Shown here: piece after piece, positions 1-12,892 of the stretch
Numbering within the stretch: the first letter of the stretch is position 1
How the letters are laid out: every line of letters begins with the position of its first letter
Assembly (NCBI GenBank): GCA_964016885.1
Contig: OZ024742.1
Coordinates: 50,592,001 to 50,656,000 of the forward strand
DNA: 64,000 bases
Source: Eledone cirrhosa
Taxonomy: Eukaryota
Reading direction: 5' to 3'
Translations under genes and position numbers: made by a program
Notes under the pieces: generated by a model
What the model saw: the letters and a program-made list of their open reading frames with translations, nothing else
Told to the model about the DNA's origin: nothing
Databases searched by the model: none

Positions 1-1697
1 TCAAGTTGATAGAATAGTTGTAGTAGAAATTTAATTTAGGGGTAGAGGAATGCAGACTTATGTTTTGAATGGAAAGAATACTTTGAATGAAAATAATACT
101 TTGGGGATGAATAGAGGTCAAGCCGGTGAACGGTAGACGAAAATTTGATGTTATTAAATAATAATGTTAATGTTAAAACCGAAGGAGATTAAACATTTAG
201 GGTAAAGGTATTGGTGAGAAATACCAATCTTATTTAAAACACAAGGAATTTAGATGTATAACAAGAAATTAAATTAATTCATAGGTATACTTATAGGGAT
301 AAATTTGTATTAATTCATATGGATGTGATAAATAAGAATTAGATGTTATTGAATAATGTTGTTAAAAACGAAGGAAAATAAAATTTTGGGATAAGTGTAG
401 TAGTGAGAAATTCCAATCTTATATAGACTACAAGGAATCTAAATTCATAACAGAAAATTAAATTAATTTATATGTATACCTTTAGGTATTAATTTTAGGA
501 AAAGAGAGCTGTAAGAGGGAAATAAAATTATGAAGTAAACAAAACCCGCGATATACCACCAACACATCAAACCAACCATAATAAACCGCTACAAACCACC
601 ATCTCCTTCACATATAACAAGTCAAGTAAATTCCACACCAAATTTGACTAACTCCCCTGATATAATATTCACGAATGGTTGTAACTGTAGAAACAAGAGA
701 AATTGCCCATTAACAGGAAATTGTCTTATTAATAACATAGTATATAAATGTAAAATTAGCACTAAGGACTCAATTTATTCCTTTATAGGAGCTACGTCTA
801 ACCATTTAAAGTAAGATTTAATACCAACAAACATAGTTTTTAAAATGCCGCATTAGCTAATACAACATTCTTGGCTGAAACAATTAATAATTATAGAAAA
901 AAGATTATCCATTACAACCTGACCTGGAGTGTGCTCAAAAGGGCCACCCCTTATCTAAATAACAGATATGAGTTTAGATTATGCTCCCAGGAACTTTTTG
1001 AAATAATGAAATCTTAGGATATCCTATTAAATAAGCGACACAAATTAATTATATATTGCAATCATAGAATTAGAAGAACTTTCAAATATTATAAACCTAA
1101 TTAATATACACCTTACACTTATATTTTACATATTATTATAATTAGTTTTTTTAATATAGTTAACCTATAATTAGTACTTTACTACAGAGAACATCATAAT
1201 TTTATTTCCCTCTTACACCTCTCTTTTCCTAAATTAATACCTAAAAGTATACATATAAATTAATTTAATTTCCTGTTATGAATTTAGATTCCTTGTAGTC
1301 TATATAAGATTGGAATTTCTCACTACTACACTTATCCCAAAATGTTATTTTCCTTCGTTTTTAACAGCATTCTTTAATAACATCTAATTCTTATTTATCA
1401 CATCCATATGAATTAATATAAATTTATCGCTATAAATTAATTTAATTTCTTTTTATAGATCTAAATTCCTTGTGTTTTAAATAAGATTGGTATTTACCCT
1501 AAAATTCTACTCTCCTTCGGTTTTAACATTAACATTATTCTTTAATAACATCACATTGTCGTGTACCCTTCACCAGCTAGACTCTTTTCATCCCCAACGT
1601 ATTCTTTTCATTCAAAATATTCTTCCCATTCAAAACATAAGTCTTCATTCCTCTACCCTTAAATTAAATTTCTGCTACTACTATTCTATCAACTTGA
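1..1697. repeat. Long imperfect inverted repeat (arms ~1-536 and ~1191-1697) bracketing a PLE endonuclease relic
   Basis: tcaagttgatagaatag at 1 is the reverse complement of ctattctatcaacttga ending at 1697; the inner ends gtaagagggaaataaaattatga (~511-533) and tcataattttatttccctcttac (~1194-1216) also match. The left arm probably continues beyond the window. Confidence 0.9.
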
Positions 1698-2100
1698 CCT
1701 CTTACTACTTTTCTATTGGTCAATTCAAAACCTGTTCCCAAACAGACCTATTATATTAAATCTCTGTTGTTTTATTTTCAATAAACACAGCTCATTATTT
1801 CTGAAGACAGCATATATATGTGAAGGTATATACATTTCCTCTGATAGTTTGTAATAGTTTTACATAGATCTATATGATATACATACCAACACACAAATAT
1901 ATTCTAGAAACGATCGTAAAATGATGAATTTTTTAATATAAGGAACTTGTTCTTTGTTTTAATTCATTGTTTTTATTAATTTATGTTGACTCTGTTTCCT
2001 GTGATTTTCATCGAACATTTTTGTATGCATCTTCTCTTTTCATGATATCTGGATTACATTGAGTTCTTCATACGGATTGGACACTGCTGTATATTTTGGT
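540..2100 (+). mobile_element. 5'-truncated Penelope-like element: decayed C-terminal GIY-YIG endonuclease (Hydra-clade-like) plus 3' UTR
   Basis: Manual translation from ~679 gives CNCRNKRNCPLTGNCLINNIVYKCKI...FIGATS...RFNTNKHSF...TWSVLKRA...RLCSQE...LLNKRH...YCNHR, with frameshifts and stops. An inverted copy of its own 3' UTR lies at the 5' end and an HHR lies downstream. The clade call comes from recalled motifs, not a search. Confidence 0.75.
1792..1928 (+). ncRNA. Type I hammerhead ribozyme with very long stem II
   Basis: Stem I tcattattt/aaatgatga (one G-U); CTGAAGA 1801-1807; ~100-nt stem II region; GAAA 1907-1910; palindromic stem III CGATCG; cleavage triplet GUA. Confidence 0.7.
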
Positions 2101-2104
2101 AGAT

Positions 2105-2162
2105 TTATCTCTCTCTCTCCCCCCTCTCTCTCTCTCTCTCTCTCTCTATCTCTATCTCTCTC

Positions 2163-2253
<91 letters not shown>

Positions 2254-2309
2254 TATAAATATATATGTATATATATATACGCACATGTACACACGCACAC
2301 ACACACATA

Positions 2310-2371
<62 letters not shown>
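2105..2371. repeat. Compound microsatellite (CT)n-(TA)n-(CA)n
   Basis: Directly visible; source of four spurious ORFs. Confidence 0.97.
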
Positions 2372-2458
2372 CGTAGTTCCCGGGTTGAGTCGGGGATAAC
2401 CACAGTAAGTAAGGTACTCAATACATGGCAGAGTAAATTATATTTATTGTATAGAAGG

Positions 2459-2509
2459 AGCTTCTACAGGACTAGAACTGTTTCATTCAGATGAAATCTT
2501 CAGGAAGCT
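2459..2509 (-). ncRNA. Type I hammerhead ribozyme in a PLE-type 3' end (repeat ~2372-2800)
   Basis: Minus strand reads agcttc CTGAAGA tttcatctgaat GAAA cag-ttctagtc-ctg TA gaagct, with a 6-bp stem I. The flank taaccacagtaagtaaggtactcaataca recurs at ~4817. Confidence 0.75.
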
Positions 2510-2829
2510 GGGTGTCATGTTAAGTTCTGGTATTTATACATTTAGGTAGTGAAAAGGGAGGGTGGTGGTTGGGGGGGTTTGGGTAGGTTGGTATTTAGAT
2601 ACACAGGACCATAACATGGCACATACCGTTTTTTGGGGGGGCAAGTGGTCATTTAGCCGGAGTGCTTTTGTAAAAGAAAAAGAAAAAGAAAAAGAAAAAG
2701 AAAAAGAAAAAGAAAAAGTAAATAAATAAATAAATAAATAAATAAAAATAAATAAAACCCCCAAGGATAGTAATTCAACAGATATATAGTAGGGACATTT
2801 TTTAATATATATACATAAACATATATATG

Positions 2830-4565
2830 TTTTCAGAGGGATCAGCTCGTTGGTGTGCTGCTAATTTTAGTGAATATATTAGCTGACCAATATGATTTCC
2901 TTCTCAACATTCATAATAGCTGTTTTGATTTCATGCACATTTGGCTGTTTTGTTCAGTGGAGCGAGGGAACAGCTTTCTCCATTTGCAAAAATGTTTGTG
3001 GGGTCCAAATTAAAAATATGTGATTAAATATTAGGGCCAAAGACTCAAATATTCTAGAGTCTCAGTTGCTTTAAACAGTTATCTCGGATCCAATATATAC
3101 GCAGTTAAATTGGCAAATTTGCATATTTTGTTACATCATTTGGATAAGGAAATTGCTTGTCTACCGGGAAAGTATTACTTTAACAGGTGGACTGGGCAAA
3201 GAACCGTTTTAAACTTCAAAGCAAACAATTTATCATAAGCTACTCGATTAAAAAATAGTGAAGGAATTCGAAAAGTAACTTTCACTGAAATAGTATCAAC
3301 ACCTTACTCTCAAATTAATTTACAAGATTTGATAGCCGATCTGCTGACTTAAAACAGAAGTGTGACAACAGTCCAATTATGGACTCCGTGGTTCAACATG
3401 ATGCGGTGAAAATGGATATTATAATCACACCAACATTAACACTTGCAAAACCAACAAAATCAACGATACTCTCGCACTAGTGCCAACATTAACAATATTA
3501 ACGACATCGCATGCTAGAAGAAACAGCGACGACGTAATTTCAAAGAACAGTAATTTTTTCCTGCAAAAGCATTCTCTGCCGTAGCAGCGTGTTGTCACAA
3601 ACGTATAAAATAAGCATTGTAATGTCTTCGAGTGCCATGCAATTCCTGACTGAAATAATTTCTTCAGGACACTAACAAATTATCGTGATAGGCATATGGA
3701 TATGAATCAAATGAAAATGCAATATAGGGACAAATTCGGAGTAGACAAAGAATATACTAGAGCATAGAAAACTATATAACTCGGCAGAAAATATTTCATT
3801 ATCTAACTTATATGTATTTTCTTCCAGTGACGCCGTGATAAACAGGCAAAACTCCAGTGTAATATGATTCACTATTTATTGTTAATACGAACCTGTCTTC
3901 CCCCTCACCTTAATAAGCCACCCATCTTCCTTTTATATTCTGTTTTATACTCTCTGTTTTACACTAAACTACGTCCTTTATCGTATGGCACATACTCGTT
4001 AATACATACATATCACGTACACATTATAAACTTCAACATACATACACACGTTAAAATGTATCATACACTCACACAAACTGATACACTCTTCGCATGGCCA
4101 AAAGCTACACTGGCGATATTTTATAAACATACAAAATTGCTTCAACGTACATAAACAGTACACACATTCAAAATTATATTCACTCACACATACATGTCCA
4201 CTACCAGTATCAAATAGATATACACATACACTCACTATCTTTCTTAATTTACGAATTTTACCTTTAAAACCACTAACATTTAAACTAACAGTTACACTCA
4301 CACACTAATACACATACTGCCTAAATTTGCATTTCTAGTCGATACCAAGACTACCTAACAGGTTTCTTGCTTTCCCCCTCTTCTTTTCCTTTTTTTCTGT
4401 GTGTATCTACTGGACCCTTTTCTGTTTCCTCATTGTGATCCTGTCTCTAATTGTACCCCTGAAGTAAGCCTTAAGGTCGACACGTCGAACTTTCTTTCCC
4501 CTTTCCAATATAAAATGTGAAACTATTAAAACTTTTTGTACCTCTGTTTGTTGTCACCTTGAACT
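2830..4565 (+). mobile_element. Heavily decayed PLE-like relic with degenerate HHR near 4455-4490
   Basis: Weak GIY-YIG-like traces around 3610-3770 (CNIGTN...RILEH). It has a CA-rich 3' region and cCTGAAGTaagccttaaggtcGACAcgtcg, an HHR-like layout with two core substitutions, before a (TA)n tract. Confidence 0.35.
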
Positions 4566-4580
4566 ATATATATATATATA

Positions 4581-4724
4581 ACGAAGGAAGTGTGGTAAGG
4601 AACCAGATGGACCATGATGTACCAGAGTACTCAATACTTAGGGTAGTAGAGTGGGTAATAGGAAAATGTTTAACCCCTAGACCAGAAATAGCCGTCGAAA
4701 CGGCTTGAGTTCTGCCGTCGGGTT
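4581..4724. mobile_element. PLE-type terminal fragment with 15-bp fold-back and half hammerhead
   Basis: Perfect inverted repeat gaaaatgtttaaccc (4662-4676) / gggttaaacattttc (4710-4724) encloses GAAA cggc-ttgagttct-gccg TC; there is no intact CTGANGA. Confidence 0.55.
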
Positions 4725-4920
4725 AAACATTTTCATATATATATGTATATATATATATTTAGATATATATGTGTGTGTATGTGTTCGTTTCTGTGTATCC
4801 CGGATTCACTCTGAGGTAACCACAGTAAGTAAGGTACTCAATACATAGCAGAGTATAAATATTTAATATAAAAATGGCTTCTACAGAATTTGAACTGTTT
4901 CATTCGAAGGAAATAATCAG

Positions 4921-4970
4921 GCTTTCCTGATGATTTCCTTCGAACGAAACATTTCTAACCCTGTAGAAGC
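4921..4970 (+). ncRNA. Type I hammerhead ribozyme, head-to-head with a mutated minus-strand copy (4876-4920)
   Basis: gctttc CTGATGA tttccttcgaac GAAA ca-tttctaaccc-tg TA gaagc. The inverted copy reads CTGATTA...GAAA cag...ctg TA gaagc. Same family as 2459-2509. Confidence 0.65.
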
Positions 4971-5886
4971 CATATCTATATTAAATATATATATTCCAGC
5001 TATATATATATATATTGTATATTAATATATTCGTTGTGTTGTCACAAAATGTCCTTATATACGTCATGTTAATTTAATAATACTACTGCTTTATCTTTTG
5101 AAATGCATTCTTTGGAATAAATGTTATTTTATGCATTTTATCGATTTCAAACTATAACTTATGATATTACTCTGATTCTCAATAGTTTCAATTTTTACTT
5201 TCGTTCTATTTTTGTTGATGTATGTTTTGCCGAGCAGTACGATATTTCACCCGAAACTACATATTTTATCTATTCAACAAACAGACAAAAATTTTATTAA
5301 AATATATTATTGAATTGATCTACTATAATTGTGTTCTTTTTGGTCTTACCTTCCGTAATGCAGATTTAATCTCATCCTACATTGCTTTGGGATTTAAAAG
5401 TTTATTTGTTTATAACACACTGGAGTTTAATTTGCTTGAGTATAAAGAGAACTAAGAAAATAACAAAGTTATTCTTGAAATTAGTTTTACTATTTTAACA
5501 GTATACATCTTATACTTTTGATATTTATTTTCAGAGTTATTTCTTTCTAAGATGTACTTATAAATAAATAAATAAATAATGCATGTCTTTCTAAGATTCT
5601 GATCGCCCATGGCTTAATTATTTATATTCTATACACATTTCACTTGCGGGTTCGTATCATAAAGAATGGATTAAACATTTTCTATTATTATTGATATATA
5701 TTTTCCTTGAGTATTTACGTTATTTCATATTTCATTATAGTACCAATTTTCTAGAAATCTTGTTCCATGATTTTCTTAACACAATAAGGTCAGAGTTAAT
5801 CATATCTCATACCATTTTATTTTTCTTAATGCATATTTGATGAAGCATATCTCAGAATGAACAGGTTGATCATACATTCGTACATA

Positions 5887-6948
5887 CGAGGGGTGTCAGA
5901 AAAGTTCCAGGACTGATGTCACGAAAGATTTATTTCAAACCCAAACTTCACATTAAGTATTTTCTCCTTCAAAGTAATCCCCCTGGTGTCTAATGCACTT
6001 TTCTATCCTTTTCTGCCACGCTTGCATGCACTCCTGGAAGGATTCTTCCGGGATCCTCCGAAGTTCCGACGTCACGGCCTTTTTGATGTCGTCCACGTCT
6101 TCAAATCGGGTCCACTCCGGGTCGTACTTGATGATCCATGACTCATCACCGGTGATGACTGTCCCTAGCATGTCTGGTTCGATTTCAAGACGCTTGAGGA
6201 TGTCCTGTTACACTTGAATGCGTCGACCCTTCTGGTCATCGTTCACCAGTTTTGGCACCATCTTCGCGCAGACTTTCCGCATGTCCAAATCTTAAGTGAG
6301 AATCTTCTAGACGCTGTCCCCATTCATACCCAGCTCATTTTCCATCAGTCGAACAATCAGGCGGCAATCGCTACGCACCATCTGCCTGACGCGCTCCACT
6401 TTGACCTCAGTCCTGGTTGTTGAAGGCCTTCCGCTCCTGGGGTCATCTTGTACCACTCAAAAACACGTGAGCGTGACATCTCCATACACAGTGCTCCTGA
6501 CGGAGTTTTCCACAACCGTAGCAGAACTTTCAAGTTTGTTCGTTGCCCTGTGCTCATTGCTTGACCACCTGAAACAGAGGACATGTATATCAAATTAATT
6601 GTTTCTACTTTAGGCACAAGGCCAGCAATTACCCAGTACATTACTGGTACTTTATTTTATCGACCCCGTAAGGATGAAAGGCAAAGTTAACCTCGGCGGG
6701 ATTTGAACTCAGACTGTAAAGGGACGTAACTATGCTAGAACGCATGGTGTCCAATCCTCTACCGATACTGCCAATTCACCGACATGTATATAAAATTAAT
6801 GAGAAAAAGTTTGATCGCTGCAGAGAGATAAGATTACAGTTACATACTCCAGGGGGATTAATTTAAAGGAGAAAACTCTTAGTGGGAAGTTTGAATTTGA
6901 AATAAGTATTTTGTGACATCAGTCCTAGAACTTTTCTGACACACCTCG
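5887..6948 (-). mobile_element. Internally deleted mariner (Tc1/mariner) DNA transposon
   Basis: ~50-bp imperfect TIRs (cgaggggtgtcagaaaagttccaggactgatgtcac / gtgacatcagtcctagaacttttctgacacacctcg) with TA on both sides. Transposase remnants are VITGDESWI.YDPE, RFEDVDDIK...W..R..KCI...GDYFEG and SRSRVFEWYK. Confidence 0.92.
6600..6780 (-). mobile_element. tRNA-derived SINE nested in the mariner, with 20-bp TSD
   Basis: A-box tggcagtatcgg, B-box gagttcaaatcc, conserved body gcctttcatccttacggggtcgataaaataaagtaccag. TSD gacatgtatat(c/a)aaattaat at 6580-6599 and 6781-6800. Confidence 0.92.
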
Positions 6949-7594
6949 TATATATATACTGGCTGTCTGCTCAGTACAAAAGCTTGACCGCTTGAGTGTA
7001 CGTTGCTCAGTTTTGGCATGAGATCTTATGTGGCTGTTTAGACGAGACATACTTCTAATATGATATCCACATATATTGCCGTTTCGTTTTATTGCAGCTT
7101 GAAATGCATGTCTGATTTTGATGAATATTTAAATGTCTCTTTAGATCACCTTAAGAGATGTCTGTAGGAAGTGCCCTATTGTGTGCTCTCGTGTGTGGTT
7201 GAAGTACAGCCTCTGACAGGGAGATTTTGACACAAACTCTAGACGTAGAAAAAATCTCCAATTTCGTTACTGGCTGTTTATTTTGTTTCAACGTTGCCGC
7301 TCAAAGGTATTTATGTCATACCATATTTTTAAGCACCAACTATTGGATGCACCGCGAGACTTTCACGGGATCATTTCCTACATTTTTCAGGTTTTCCATC
7401 AATGCACCTTTGAAATGTTCTTCGACCAGATTCTTATTAAAACAGTTGCTTAGGGATACGCTCCTCGGTCAGGCGGAAAATATGTCTAGACAATTGTAAG
7501 GAGTGAACCAACATTTCGGTTACATTTTCCTATACCGTATTTACACGGCAGATCGTTTTATTAAATCAGATCTAACCCCGTGTTTATGTCCCCC

Positions 7595-7762
7595 GGCGGT
7601 CGGACACCATGCGTTGCCGTATAGAGTTACGGCCCTTTCCATTCTGAGTTCAAATCCCGCCGAGGTTAACTTTGCCTTTCATCCTTACAGGGTCGATAAA
7701 ATAAAGTACCAGTAATGGACTGGGTAATTGCTGGTCTTGTTCCAAACGTAGAAACGATTATT
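7595..7762 (+). mobile_element. tRNA-derived SINE (same family)
   Basis: B-box gagttcaaatcc and family body; deletion near the A-box. Confidence 0.9.
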
Positions 7763-7769
7763 ACTAGCG

Positions 7770-8570
7770 TAACAGCAGCTGAGATATATATCGCTGATTC
7801 TCCGAATTGTTCATTAGATTCTTCTATGTGTGAAGTTGTGGGAGCTTAAACACTAAATTGTAATGCATCTTCCTTTTTTCAGATGCTGGCGACATGATAT
7901 AATTATTTCTGAAGAGCCACTAGGATAATATTCAAAAGCCATAACCTGATTCTATCTTCTGACCTGCTACACCCTTCCGAAATGGAATTGTAACCAAATC
8001 AACTTTCCTTGTGCTGATCATCCCCATATAAGCATGTTTCAGACAGCTACTATATCTAATGAATATCTTTTCAATTCATGGATGATCAATGCGGTTTGTT
8101 TTGCTTATCTTTGAATCAAATTTTAATCATCTATAATACATTCCAACAAGCAAGGTCCATTGTATGTTTAATCTCATTTTTTTTATCGATTGACGACATT
8201 ATATGGATAACGACCGCAACCAGTCTTCAGAGCACTTGGACATGGGCCGAGCCAGTCTTGTTTACTTGTCGTTCCCAAGTTCTTTTTAACATTTACTAGT
8301 TTCCTTTGAGACAATTCAAATTAGTTTATAGCGCATTTTAAGGCTACTGCCAACCATACTGCTTATGTAAACAGCTTGTTGTGTACAAGACGTGAATCAG
8401 CATTTAAACATATTTTCAGGGGACATAGGTTGCACAGAACTTCCTCCACTTCTTCGTCACAGAATATTTCATTTGTGTGTCACGGAATGATAGGACCAGG
8501 AATTTCCGTGATCCCAGGTTTTTATTTCCGAGTTTGCAATCTCATAGACTAGCTGTAACAACCACACTTT
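7770..8570 (-). pseudogene. Possible very old LINE reverse-transcriptase relic
   Basis: Minus strand gives GPCLLECIIDD (~8160-8125) followed by CLYGDDQ (~8034-8014), in the order of RT motifs; there is no continuous ORF. Confidence 0.25.
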
Positions 8571-10235
8571 AGAATCTTATGAGTTAGAAATTAGCCTCAG
8601 CAATCAGAGTCATGTTTTATATCAGAGTTATAAAATAACGATATATAATAACATATAATGATATATGATAAAATATACATATAAAATAAAAAAATAAAAT
8701 AAAACAAATTAGTATATACATACAAATATATGTATACATACTACCACATATAGATATGTATGTGTGTGCGTACATGGGCATATATTTGAACCGTCTTAAA
8801 ATATACATAGTAACATCGATATTAAAGTCATATGTAACTTGAGATTCTAGCTAAAGACCAATTCTCACTCGACCAATGCAACATAATAAAAGTTAGCTCT
8901 CACTAACACTTTTCGTGTGAGGTCATGTTAACATTACGGACTAGCTGTGACGAATTTTCAAATATCTCAGTTGCACCTGTGCAGCACACTACATAATGCC
9001 AATAGGATATTACATTACTCATATCCCTTATCGGCACATTGAATGAGATTGACGTTATTGTCGTGACAGCCAAATTAATTACACCCGTTGAAAAACCCTT
9101 GGTATAATCCCTAGAAAGCTTCAACGTTATACATTTCATTACTGTGATAACAAGACAAAGCAATTTGACCTAATGCTTACTCACATAGAAATAGCACAAA
9201 TATTGAACAGTCTGAAACATCAGTAAAATGCGCTATATTCTGTAATATATGTATGCATGTGACTATTAACTGCTGATAATTAAATGCTGTGTGTCTGGGT
9301 ATATCTAAATCTAGCGAAACCTACCAACTCTCCATGTCTCAACACTGACAGGGAGGAAGAGAGAAAGAGTGACAGAAAATAAGTGAGAAAGAAACATAGA
9401 GGGGAAAGCAACAACAGTACTGGAATGATACTTATTTATCGACCTCGGGAGGTCAAATGATAAAATTGACCTCATCCTAGAAGACAGAGCCGGAAGAACT
9501 AGCGCAACACATCTATTAGTCTTGCTAATGATGCTGCTATTTCAACACTTATATTCTGGTGGCGTGGATAAAGGAGAGTGGTTTGTTCATTCGTTTCCTT
9601 CTTCAGCATAGAGAAACAGAGAGAGAGGGAAATATAGAGATTGAGAAAGAGAGAGATATGATAGAGTAGGGAGAATAAACCTGCCTCAAATATCTCACCC
9701 AAAACATAATTACAAAATATTTCTGACTTCTAAAATCGTATGATTCATTCTTATTTTTAAGATGATTAGTTGGACTTCTAAATATCACACAAGTATTATC
9801 TCTTATTCTTGTGATAGTATTCCTCTCGAAAAACTATAGCTAAATATATTGGATTTACTTATTACATACCTGTATACACATTCATGAACTCAGTAATATA
9901 GTTTACTCATTGTATTTAACTATACGCTAGAAACAATAACACATTGAAATTGAAACATGTCTTACTATGAAATCTTTCATTATATTTAGATATATATTTA
10001 ATGACGAATGTTTCTTTCCCTTTCATAGTTTCATTTATTTCAGTGGTCACGACTGATTATACGAATGTCACGAAAATAGCCTAAGGATTTGCTACACGAA
10101 TTGTATGAACTTTATTCTTGCACAATGCAATTGATTACTTCCTTGAACTAAGATTTGCTTCGTAAAATTAGTAAAACCAAATAGGTAATTGTCGTGGCGT
10201 TTCTTTTAAAATTAGAATACTGTAAATCTCGTGTA

Positions 10236-10300
<65 letters not shown>

Positions 10301-10302
10301 TA

Positions 10303-10342
<40 letters not shown>

Positions 10343-10414
10343 TATTAATATATAGATAGATCAATATATACATACATGTGTGTGTGTGTTTGTGTGCGTG
10401 CGTATATGTATATA

Positions 10415-10605
10415 TATTAGAGCAAACATCACGAGCGCTCTATTTCAAAATTATTTTTGAAAAGCATTAGAAATGCGCAACCGGTGTAAACTTAAAACTA
10501 AAACTGAATACTAACCATTACTTATTACTAATTTATACTTATTCCTAATTAAACTAATTTTCACTGGGAAAAATTTGTCAGCATTTTCTTTTCCTTTTTC
10601 TAATA
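10415..10605 (+). mobile_element. Repeat fragment with variant HHR motif (TTGAAAA...GCAA), homologous to 48340-48530
   Basis: TTGAAAA (10457-10463) gcatt-aga-aatgc GCAA ccgg; matches the reverse complement of 48340-48530; flanked by (TA)n. Confidence 0.65.
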
Positions 10606-11334
10606 TATATATATATATATATCCATCTTTTTATTGGTCTAGGAAGATAGCTTCGTGTATATTATAAAAATGGTTAAATTGACTTTTTCTATGTTGTCTA
10701 CTGAGATTGATTTATCTTATTAACATATGTTCACGATTATATTAAATGCAAGAATGTCTGTGAAGTTGAGAAGATATATGTATTTTTTCTGTGTGTTTCA
10801 GGTCACTAGATTTAGTCCTTCTCTATCACCTGAGCTATATCTTCCTTCTTAATTGAATTGCATCCACAGAATTGTAACTTCATTGGCACAGTACTACTGT
10901 GTAATTGACGGTGACATCTCTCCCAAATTGGGACATGATATTCATAAGGTACTTATTGCTGGCTGCAAACACATATGTAATTGTTTATTTTGTATTTAAT
11001 CTGAAGAAATAATAATGTCAAGATCCGTAGTTAAATAGCGACAGGAAAACGTATACACTAACGCTAATGAAGTTTACGAATCAACTTTCATTAGGAAGGC
11101 CATAGATTCATGATGAACTACAAACTGGATATAACTTCATAAAATACATATGCCTAATATGTTCCATGAAAATGTATTGATATGGTATTCCATACAGTAT
11201 TATGTGTACTACTATTTATTAATTTTCTGTGGATCTCAATATCGTGCTCTTCTGAAAGGAGTTTAATTGGTTACATATTGACTTAACCTTTCTAAGCTCA
11301 ATATACAGTAGAAATTCTCCTGCATTTTTAGCAA

Positions 11335-11690
11335 TGTGGATGCAGGATGGTCAGACCATTGCATATATCGTTTGGAAATCATTAGGTCACGGGTTCAATC
11401 CCTGTTTCCAGTTTCTTGGACAAATGCCATTTACCAGAGCTTCGTATTTCTCAATGTCTTTGAGTGAAACTGGTAGACGGACGCCTTTGCATGACCTTCA
11501 GTGGATTGTCCCTGTAATTCAAAGGAACTGTCATGTTACACACTTTCACGCTGAATCTCCCTAAAAATTCGATTATGGTTATACGTATCTGTAAAATGCT
11601 CAACCACTAATAAGATAACTTCATGACCTGGATCTCTGTTATTCGGAAAATCAGAACCTACGTCATCGAAACAGGTGGATGTCTATCGAG
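11335..11690 (+). mobile_element. Old SINE-like repeat of a second family
   Basis: B-box-like gggttcaatccc at ~11391; diverged similarity to the reverse complement of ~20885-21060. Confidence 0.4.
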
Positions 11691-12680
11691 TCGAACTTGA
11701 TACAATTGCTCAATTTCTAAACGACGAAAAGACGCTATACGTTGTGGTTCAATATACATGCATTCGCAGCGAAATTCCCATGAAAAAATTGCCTGGAAAA
11801 AAAAAGTTGTGGTCAAACCTAGAATATTTTACCTCGGTTTACTTGGTATAATCATTATCTGGTAATACACAACAACTACCACGACATAAGGTTTAATTGT
11901 ACACTGCACACACTTCGAGAACAGTTTCGATCTTTTCTTTAATATATTATATTTGCACTGAACGACACGTCTTCTTGTAACCGGATGTATCTTCTATATC
12001 TTATTTACAAAGTATTCTGCTCTGTTAAAAGAAACTAATAATTTTAACATTGTTTCTTTTCTTTTCTTTTTTGACATCTTCCATGTACTATGTTAACTAC
12101 ATACGAGAATATTTGCTGTATTTTAATACATGATCACTTTGCACGTTTTCAATTTTATTTTCAGTATAGAATAACAAACAATGCTTTTCATCCCATGATA
12201 ATTAATATATTTCTATTTTATAGAGAAAATACAATGTCAGATCTCAGTCACGATTATTATTCAAATTTAATTGATTTTCTATATAACTACATATTCATAT
12301 TTGCTATAAAACGACATTGTTGTTAAAATACATAAAGTTGACAAACGTAAAAACCTGATGATACAACCATCAGATATATTGGGATTTCACTTGCTTAATA
12401 TCATTTTCCACGAAGTCAGTTATTTGTACAGAATGTGAAAAATGATCTAAATATGTTCATTTACTATGTATTACGTGTTACTTTTTTCAAGAAAGAGAAT
12501 AAGCACACATACCCTGTCCGGTAGACATGAACATGTTGATAATTTGATGGCATTCATAAGTTTAATATGTAATCCAACAATGGCAGATGTTTATTTTCAA
12601 GGAACTCATTGCCGAACAAGCCTATAGAAATGTTGCCCAGACCAATGAAACAATTATCCCTTTATTTAATATCTAATAAG

Positions 12681-12892
12681 GGCGGTGGATTGGAAGTACC
12701 AGTACAGTGTCGGATAAAATATTTTGCAGTATTTCGATACGAATTTCTACGTTCTGAGTTCAAATCACACCGACACTAACTTGCCTTTCATCATAGCTAG
12801 GTCGATAAAATAAATAGACTTAAGTACTGGGTTTATATAATCGAATTCCCATTATCATAAATTGCTGGCCGTGTGCCAATATTCGAAAGAAA
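12681..12892 (+). mobile_element. tRNA-derived SINE, older diverged copy
   Basis: ggcggtggattgg start, gagttcaaatc B-box, ttgcctttcatc...gtcgataaaataa body and aattgctggcc tail. Confidence 0.8.

Noticed and set aside
2059-2494. ORFs rich in SL/YI/HT/CV dipeptides here and throughout, plus poly-S/L/I/N ORFs
   Set aside because: Translations of microsatellites; no coding evidence.
10802-10948. Exon-like segment with acceptor (tgtttcag) and donor (aag/gtactt)
   Set aside because: Stops in all three frames and no partner exons; a non-coding exon cannot be supported from sequence alone.
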